A DNA stretch of 20,000 nucleotides, taken from positions 45,249 to 65,248 of the forward strand of contig NGBS01000334.1 in the NCBI GenBank assembly GCA_002245135.1, written 5' to 3'. This stretch comes from Proteromonas lacertae. Its lineage: Eukaryota. A model generated the notes under the pieces. That model searched no databases and was not told the DNA's origin. It saw only the letters and a list, made by a program, of their open reading frames with translations. This document shows, one piece after another, positions 9,201-16,991 of the stretch (position 1 is the first letter of the stretch; each line of letters begins with the position of its first letter). Position numbers and translations under genes: made by a program.

Positions 9201-11151
9201 ATTCTTATTCCTATAATCAAATGGTTCTTTACAGTATATGCAATAATTCAATTTATTTTTAGGATCTTCTCTATTATATCCTATCATTTTTTCAGGATTT
9301 TTTAATTTTTCTTCATATAAATCTAATATTTCTTTTTGTATTTCCATAAATTTAGCTATTAATCTATCCTCTAAATCTGTTTCATTATCTTTAGGTGTTT
9401 TAAAATCATACTCAATTTTATTAGGATATATATTAGGATATTTTGATACAACATATAAACACCAACTGGATAATATATGCTTTGATAATATACCTTTCTC
9501 ATTTAAAATTGGATCTGTTACTTTCTCCTGATAAACTTCAGTATCCCAATATATTACTATAGGTATTAATTGCAGGGAAATTTCTTATAATACCTTTATG
9601 TTGTTGACAATTATATTTTTCATGTTGTATTCTTTTTTCATCTGTTGATAATAAAGCAAAACAATAATTACATCTAGGATAACCATTTTTACACTTCTTT
9701 CCTTTAGGTATTAATATTACATTTAATTTTGTAATAGTAGAATAATGTTTATCATTATATAATAAATTCACATGTGGATAATTATTGAATTTATCTATAT
9801 GTGTTACATATATAGGAACTACTTCTTTATCTGTTATTTTGAATATATTTAATGTTATATGATTTATTGTTTCAAATTCATGAATTTGTTTTTTATGTTT
9901 TATAGGATCTACTGGGAAATATAACATACTATAATTGTAGTTAACTCTAATATATTCTTTATATTGTTCTACTCTATTTAAATTCTTATTATTATTATTA
10001 CCATGAAAAAATGCTGCTGCTATAGCATATAGAAAACATAATTGATCATTTTCTCTATTATTATCTATTGATATAACACATTTTCTATTTCTAATCCAAT
10101 CTGGAAGTTCTTTATTTTTGCCACTACCTGCCATAGCAGTTGCTTTGACTAATTGAACTTCAACTTCACCAACATGTCTAAATTTTAAACTTGATTTTTC
10201 AGTATGCCATAAAGGTCCCATTTCTGTTCTTATTCTATCTTTTAATATTTTATGAGCTACATTCATTTCTGATTCTGTAATAACTACAGGTCTACATTCT
10301 AAGAATACCCAATTTGTAATTTTATTACCATTTGGATTATTATAATCTGGATCGTCTGCTCCTATATAACCACTTCTAAAACTTAATGTTACTTTTATAT
10401 ATTTAACATCTTCCAAATATTCTCTTATTTTAGTAATTAATGGACTACTAGGATCAGTTATAATTTCAACAACAGCATCTGGATCTTTACCATTTACATC
10501 ATTTAAAAAGTTAATTTGATATGTTCTACTATAATTATCTGTACTTCTCTGAATTAAGTCCATATAATATAATCTCTTTTCATATGGTAATTTTAATAAT
10601 TTAGTAGGATGATTTTCTAATATATCACTTGCTTCTCTTAAATCTCTTTCTTCTTGATAAGATAAATTTAAATCTGCTACTCTATTACGCTGTTGTGCAT
10701 TTGGTGGAGGTTGATTAACAACAACAACAGGTTGATTTGGATTAGGATTAGGATTAGGCATTTGAACTTGCATACCTCCTTTTCTTTGTATTTTTGGAGG
10801 ACTTATGTTTTCAAAATCTAATCTTCTCTTGGGAGGTGGTGTTACAAATCCTGGTTCAGGAATATTAATTTGAGGTGTTGAATCTACTCCTATATTTCCA
10901 GGATAATAATTAAAACCAGGATTTGTATTTGTAACTAGATTTCTTGGTGGAACATAATTTCTAACTACTGGAATATTTGGAATAGGTGGAGGCGGTTCAT
11001 ACATATTAGGAGGTGCCATACCTGGATATGGCATGGGCATGGGATTAAATCCATAATTTTGTGGAGGAGGAATATAAGGTGCTCCAAATGGTGGTGGACT
11101 ATAATAATTAAAGTTTGAATAATAATAATAAGGAGGGATGAAAGGGTTCAT
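6285..11151 (-). CDS. Protein-primed family B DNA polymerase (pPolB), ~1600 aa, interrupted by 5 frameshifts
   Basis: Fragments join across frameshifts at ~9573, ~8660, ~8204, ~7697 and ~7405. ExoI IVIYWDTE (in a frame not listed in the ORF track, ~9535-9560), ExoII AHHSKNYDNNFII, FMDSYQFLPSSLDSL, KGYFPYEYVDS, ExoIII YLRLDV, motif A YMDYNSLYP, motif B KLILNSAYGK, motif C SDTDSF, KPKMY. Confidence 0.95.
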
Positions 11152-11210
11152 CTAGAAAATTAAAAATTAATTTTTTATATTTTTATTATTATTTATTTAT
11201 TATTTTTATT

Positions 11211-11230
11211 CTTTTAGAAATTTCTAAAAG
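11211..11230. repeat. Perfect 20-bp palindrome CTTTTAGAAATTTCTAAAAG in the divergent intergenic region upstream of pPolB
   Basis: Directly visible self-complementary sequence between the pPolB start (11151) and the ORF starting at 11397. Confidence 0.8.
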
Positions 11231-11396
11231 TTATATATCAATTCTTTTACGACTTATATCTATTATTTTATATTATTGCTTTTTATTTCTTTCTTTTACT
11301 TGAATTGTATTATATTCTTTGGATCAGATTTGAATTGGAAGAACAATTTCTATTAGTAGTATATCTAATTAATTAATTAATTAATACCAAAAAAAT

Positions 11397-11870
11397 ATGA
11401 GTAATTTTGCTAGAGTATATGAATTCTATGTATTCTTTGATGTACTTAAAAATTATATTAGTAGTTTAAATGATATAAGTAGAAGGGTCTATAAATTAAA
11501 TCTAAGTGAAAATTTAAGTAGTAAAGATAAAACAGATCTAAGAGATAAAATAAAGTCTTTTGTAACTTTCATACAAAATATCGAATTGAAATATAACAGA
11601 AGTAAAATAGCAACCACATTTAACAAATCTGAATTAACATCTTATAGACTGGATATTATAGAAGACTTAGAAAAATTAATTAATAAACTGGACACTTTCT
11701 ATGTAGAAGATTTTGCATATATTTCTGAAGAAGATTTCAATTTGAATGCAAATACTATTAAAAATTTTAGATATATAAAAAATCATTATCTCTATTTAAT
11801 CGATACAAATTCAGAATTAAATTCTATATATAATATTTTTAAAACCAGATTGGAAGATGATAAAGACTAA
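11397..11870 (+). CDS. Orphan helical protein (157 aa), element-encoded
   Basis: Intronless ORF with an A-rich start context, divergent from pPolB; its stop lies 8 nt from the stop of the convergent reconstructed ORF. Confidence 0.65.
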   Translation: MSNFARVYEFYVFFDVLKNYISSLNDISRRVYKLNLSENLSSKDKTDLRDKIKSFVTFIQNIELKYNRSKIATTFNKSELTSYRLDIIEDLEKLINKLDTFYVEDFAYISEEDFNLNANTIKNFRYIKNHYLYLIDTNSELNSIYNIFKTRLEDDKD

Positions 11871-12021
11871 TTAATTTTTTATTTGATTTTTAACATATTG
11901 TTTAAAGTTGGTATTATTTCATTTAATTGTTTTTCTAATTCTTTTTGTAAATATTGACTTGCTTTTTTTTTTCCTTCTAATCTTCCTATTTGATGTAATA
12001 CCATATCATCTAATCCTAAAT

Positions 12022-12660
12022 TGTTGTTCCCCGTATGGCGGAAATCCCCGTATGGCGGAACTCTATATTGCAGAATGATTCAATCAAAACTAATATGATA
12101 TTCATGATGTTTGGAGTTAGTTATTAACAAATATATAGTTAGTTTGTCATATGACCTACATCTGTGATATACTTTTTTATGAACTTCATTATTATCAATA
12201 TTAAACTAATTTTTGTATATTTTCTATTTTAATGTATCAGTCACTACTACAGCCTAAAATACATTATCTGATATGAATAGAATACATTATTTTTAATGTT
12301 AAGGCGGTTAAAAAAGAAAAAAGAAAAAATAAGTTCAAGCCTCACTCAAGCCTACTCTTTAATTTCCTTTTTTATTACCTAAACAATAAAAATAATGTAT
12401 TCTATTCATATCAGATAATGTATTTTAGGCTGTAGTAGTGACTGATACATTATAATAGAAAATATACAAAAATTAGTTTAATATTGATAATAATGAAGTT
12501 CATAAAAAAGTATATCACAGATGTAGGTCATATGACAAACTAACTATATATTTGTTAATAACTAACTCCGAACATCATGAATATCATATTAGTTTTGATT
12601 GAATCATTCTGCAATATAGATTTCCGCCATACGGGGATTTCCGCCATACGGGGAACAACA
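12022..12660. mobile_element. Non-autonomous foldback/MITE-like DNA transposon, 639 bp, 283-bp TIRs, 6-bp TSD
   Basis: Arms 12022-12304 and 12378-12660 are reverse complements with about 5 mismatches; 73-bp spacer; ends TGTTG...CAACA; CTAAAT duplicated at 12016-12021 and 12661-12666. Confidence 0.95.
12028..12061. repeat. 17-bp tandem repeat x2 (TCCCCGTATGGCGGAAA) near the left transposon end; mirrored at ~12621-12654
   Basis: Directly visible GC-rich unit starting 6 bp inside each terminus. Confidence 0.9.
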
Positions 12661-12871
12661 CTAAATGATATTCTTCATTTAATTCTTTTAATTTTAATAT
12701 AATCTCACATGCTATTTTAATTGATGTTTGATAGTCATTGCTCCCATCATCTTTCTTATTGAGATATACATTACACATTTCATATAAAGAATCAAAACCA
12801 TTTTCTGCTTCTTCTTTAATTAGATTATCCATATATGAAATTAGAATATTCTAGAAAATGCAAAAATAAAT

Positions 12872-12958
12872 TATGACCTAATATGACATAGGTCACGTAT
12901 TTTTAAAAAGTTTGGTTTGGTGTGCCAGGAGCCCGAGTCATACGGCTCGGTGTGCCAG
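12872..12958. repeat. GC-rich structured segment, candidate right terminal region/origin of the Polinton
   Basis: Inverted repeat TGACCTA(12874-80)/TAGGTCA(12889-95); direct repeat GGTGTGCCAG at 12919 and 12949; hairpin CCGAG/CTCGG at 12933-12950. Host-like sequence resumes at ~12985. Confidence 0.55.
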
Positions 12959-13009
12959 AACCTTTATTTACTATTATTATATATAATACCAATTTTATAA
13001 CCTAAATAG

Positions 13010-13311
13010 ATATTGGAATGAGTATGAAAGGATTTAGAATGTTAATAGATAGATTAAAGTTTTTTAAACTCATAAGAAATTTGAATATATCAGGAAATGA
13101 ATTGAATGAAAAAGGATTAAGATTAATGAAAGAAAATGAAAGAATATTTGATGGTTTAAGGGAATTATCAATAACTGTAAGAGAAGGTGTAGATAAATTT
13201 GAATTAAAATCATTCTTAAAAACATTCTCATCAGTTAATACAATCAAACTAGATGGAATTTCAGAAGAAGAAAAGAAAGAACTATCAAAAGCATTCTTCA
13301 ATATTCAATAA
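13010..13311 (+). pseudogene. 3' exon of a host LRR-like gene lacking its 5' part
   Basis: IRNLNISGNELNEKG and LRELSI are LRR-like. A candidate acceptor AG ends at 13009, but there is no GT donor in the preceding ~50 nt. Confidence 0.5.
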
Positions 13312-13641
13312 TTAATATCTCATTATATTTGTTGTTTGATGGATTAAAAATAAACGAAAGAAGCTGTTATTGAAAATTCTACAAGGTTATACTTAATATT
13401 TCTTCTAATAGAAAATAATATGATGTAAAGGTATTATTTTAAACTATTCTGAGTATAATTATTCCATAACTGAAGAAGTTTAAGAAGAATTTAAATTATG
13501 TGGGGTATGGAAAAAATATCAATCAAATTTGTATTTTGATCAAGCTTTTATCAATCAAATAAAAATATCATTCAAAAACCGTTTTTTCGTTTTTAATTTT
13601 TAGTATGATTAAAGGCTTTATATTTCCTAGATTTTATATAA

Positions 13642-15558
13642 ATGGCTGAAAGTACAGCAAAGGAAATGAGATTAGCAGGAGTTATTGGTTTAGATGGTAT
13701 TTTTTGATACTTTTTATATTTGTTAATAGGAACAAATCCCAAAAGCATTTTATACCATCCAGATGGTTTACATATTGTTTATTCTTTGGGTTCAACTGTA
13801 GTGATTAGAAATATAACTTCAGGAAAGCAAGTATTTTTGACTGGTCATACAGATCGTGTATCATGTTTCGATATTAGTAAAGATGGTAAATACATTGCCT
13901 CTGGACAAATCACACATATGGGTTTTCTAGCTATTGTTATAGTATGGGATTTTGAAAAAGCAATACAAAATGGAAATATATACGAAGGACCTCACGAACG
14001 AGTATACACATTAGAACTACACAAAGTAAAAGTCCAAGCAGTTGCCTTTTCTCCATCAGGTGAATTCCTAACTACACTTGGTGGTCAAGATGATAATAAT
14101 GTTGTCGTATGGGATATGAAGACAGGTGATGCAATCTGTGGTAGTCCATCTGCACCAGATACAAGTCTCTGTTTAGAATGGTATAACAATAGTGATGCAA
14201 TATTTGTAACATGTGGACATGGAGGTATAAGAATATGGGAGTTTGATCGTCCAGGTAGAAAGATACATCCAACTGACTGTATGTTAGGACAATATAAAAG
14301 AACATTCTGTTCCTTAGCTATTAGTGAATCAGATGAATCAATCTTTGCAGGTACTTTAACAGGTGATATATTAAGAGTAAGTGGTAATACTGCTAGATTA
14401 ATATGTGCAGGTGATAAACGATATTCATTAGGAGTTACATCATTAAGATCATATACATGTGGTTCAGGTAATAGAGCAATGGATTACTTAATGTTTGGTA
14501 CAGGAGATGGTATGATTGGTAGATGTAAGAGTTATGATAGAGAAATGAAACAAGAGTTTGTACAACAAGTAGATGGTGGTGTTACTGCTATTACAATAAG
14601 TCCTGATTTCAAGAAAATAATGATTAGTACAAATATGGGTAATAGATATGAAGCTCCAATAGAGAATATGAAACCAACATTGAAAGAAACATCTCATCAT
14701 TCTCAAATTAATGATGTTGCATTCCCACAAGGATGTTCTGAATTATTTGCAACTTGTAGTAAAGGTGAAATTAGATTATGGAATAGTCGAAATCGTAAGG
14801 AGTTATTACGTATTAGAGTTCCAAATCAAGATTGTTTATCTGTATTTATATCTCCAGATGGTAAATCAATAGTTAGTGGTTGGGATGATGGTAAAATCAG
14901 AGCATTTTATCCAGAAAGTGGTAAGTTATTATACGTTATTCATGATGCTCATCAAGAGGGTGTTACTGCATTAGATATGACTCAAGATAGCCAGTTTATA
15001 TTGAGTGGAGGAACAGATGGACAAGTCAGATTATGGAGGTTATTGCCACAGAAACAAAGAATGGAAGTGTCACTTAAAGAACATAAAGGAGGAGTTAACT
15101 TCATAAGAATCAGAAGTGATGGTTTACAAGCAATCTCTGCCTCTAATGATGGTTCTTGTTTGATATGGGATATGAAAAGATTCATTAGATTAGCTGCAGT
15201 ATATGCAAGCACTATGTTTAAATGTGCTTTATACCATCCAGATCATAGTCAGTTCTTAACTTGTGGAAGTGATAGAAAGATTACATATTGGGATGCTGTT
15301 GATGCTAATGCAATAAGAATAGTTACACCTAAAGGATGTGATAGTGAGTTGACTACTTTAGATATTACAGCAGACGGTGCTCATTTTGTAAGTGGAGGAG
15401 GTGATAAAGTGATAAGAATATGGGATTATGATGAAGGTTTTGTGGATATGGAAGGACATGGACATTCAGGAAGTATAACTAGAGCTGTCTATACACCTGA
15501 TCAGAAGAATGTAGTATCTGTTGGAGCTGAAGGTGGTATTTTTATATGGAATCTTTAA
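13642..15558 (+). CDS. CFAP52: Cilia- and flagella-associated protein 52 (WDR16), WD40 repeat protein
   Basis: Exon 1 13642-13696 (MAESTAKEMRLAGVIGLD), 33-nt GT-AG intron 13697-13729, then a long exon. Diagnostic motifs YIASGQITHMGF, LHKVKVQAVAFS, LGGQDD, ELLRIRVPN, SGWDDGKIRAF.PESG, GSDRKITYW, KIWDYDEG-like. Confidence 0.93.
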
Positions 15559-15623
15559 TTATCTTTAATATTATATTCATCATCTTTATTATTTGCTTTT
15601 TTTTTTTAATTAAATATATATTT

Positions 15624-15631
15624 TGTTTGTT
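15624..15631 (+). promoter_or_regulatory. TGTTTGTT motif downstream of CFAP52, candidate 3'-end processing element
   Basis: Exact match to the GU-rich element known downstream of Blastocystis polyadenylation sites; about 65 nt after the stop. Confidence 0.45.
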
Positions 15632-15690
15632 AAATATTCAAAATTATATATAAAGAAACAAATTTTAAATTCAAATTAACTAAATTTACC

Positions 15691-16736
15691 TCAGCATATT
15701 AAGCCATCTTCATTAATACTATATGTACAACTCATATTCATATTTGGCCCTTTTAAAACACTCATTTTAAACAAATTATTATTCAAATTCTCTAACAAAT
15801 ACTCTCTATCACTTACATAACTCCATATAACACCATTACCTACTTTATATTCGATTCTATTATCATTTGTTATATTACTAGTTGCTGCATTTGTTAATAT
15901 TATTCCTATATTATACCTCGAACTAATCTCATGAATTAATTGATTAAATACAATAATATCTTGTTGAACTAATGAAATAATAATAAATATATAATAATGA
16001 AAAAATACTGTTTTTATATTCATTATTTTCATATTGATTTGATAATAACAAAGGGTTTATACTATCAATTACAATTAATCTTAAACTATTATAAAATATA
16101 TTATTGTTTCTTTCCATATTGTTTATTACTGAAATTAAGAACAATTTTAATTCATTTAATCGAAATACTCGTTTTATTCTTATTGCCTCTAATAATTTCA
16201 TTTTCATATTAATATTCTAAAAAATTAATTAAAAAGTAATTATACTATATTTGTCCCTATTTGTTTGATTATTTTCAGTATATCAAAATTATTACTAGAA
16301 TCAATATATATCACATTTCCTTCATTTTTCATTACATTATAACATATCAAATGACAGAGACTGCTTTTACCTGTTCCACTTGATCCACTAAACTCATTTA
16401 CACAATTACTGTATATTCCATTATCTAATAGCATATCAATACTTTCTATATTCAATGGAAATATCACATTAACACTTTTAGCTTTTTGTAAGTAACTTAA
16501 TCCACTATTTGCTTTAATACTATACTTTTCTATTACATAACATCTTAAATGGTTTAACAACTACAATAGAAATATATGATAAACAAAAAATATACATCAC
16601 AAGATAAACCACTATTTTTACTTAAACTATCAATATTTCTTTCTAAAAACCCTTCAACTGTTCGAATTGGAGGATCTACATTCGATAAACTATTAATAAT
16701 TTTATCATCACATCCTATAGACAAAAGAGAAGGCAT
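15691..16736 (-). CDS. RAD51D: RAD51 paralog (RAD51D-like RecA-family ATPase), spliced
   Basis: IRTVEGFL N-terminal domain, IESIDMLLDNGIYSNCVNEFSGSSGTGKS (Walker A), VIYIDSSNNF, LRLIVIDSI (Walker B), IILTN, GVIWSYVSD. ORF breaks coincide with short AT-rich intron-like segments (~16563-16595, ~16215-16245, ~15972-16008). Paralog identity is less sure than the family. Confidence 0.75.
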
Positions 16737-16991
16737 TTTTATATTTTTAAGAAATCCCGCCAAAACTCAGATCATGAATGTAATTTACATTCTTTATACT
16801 TATTGTTGGTAATTAATTAAATTGAAGTGTATATACCAATTCAGAATACAAAATTGGAAGTTCTGAAATTTAAAAAGTAATTAATAAAATTCTACAACAA
16901 CCTTAATGCATGAATTAGATTTATTAAGTAATCAATACATAAACATTAACCAAATATTAACAACAACAATAATATAGACTAATTATCTCAT

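Larger units (their letters stand above)
11879..12832 (-). pseudogene. 102-aa orphan viral ORF disrupted by insertion of the foldback element
   Basis: 12832-12661 (172 nt) plus 12015-11879 (137 nt) gives 309 nt in frame: MDNLIKEEAENG...NEEYHL|GLDDMVLHQIGRLEGKKKASQYLQKELEKQLNEIIPTLNNMLKIK*. Confidence 0.85.
1440..12975. mobile_element. Endogenous Polinton/Maverick-like DNA virus; boundaries approximate
   Basis: Compact cluster of apparently intronless ORFs: penton-like mCP, MCP, rve-type integrase, protein-primed PolB and orphans, flanked by intron-containing host sequence. No pair of matching TIRs found, so both ends are inferred. Confidence 0.85.

Noticed and set aside
5628..9580. Programmed ribosomal frameshifting in integrase or pPolB
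   Set aside because: The shifts go in both directions, the site examined at ~5630 lacks a properly phased X XXY YYZ heptamer, and similar indels occur in the host HECT gene. Error or decay is simpler.
12028..12061. CRISPR-like repeat
   Set aside because: Only two abutting copies per end, no spacers, no cas genes, eukaryotic context.
12022..12660. Solo LTR (TGTTG...CAACA ends) or the Polinton's own hairpin terminus
   Set aside because: LTRs are not almost wholly palindromic. The TSD and the restorable interrupted ORF show a separate insertion, not the viral end.
12584..12660. C-terminal 25 aa of ORF 12584..12832 as a real protein end
   Set aside because: It is read-through into the transposon arm; the native C-terminus is at 12015-11879.
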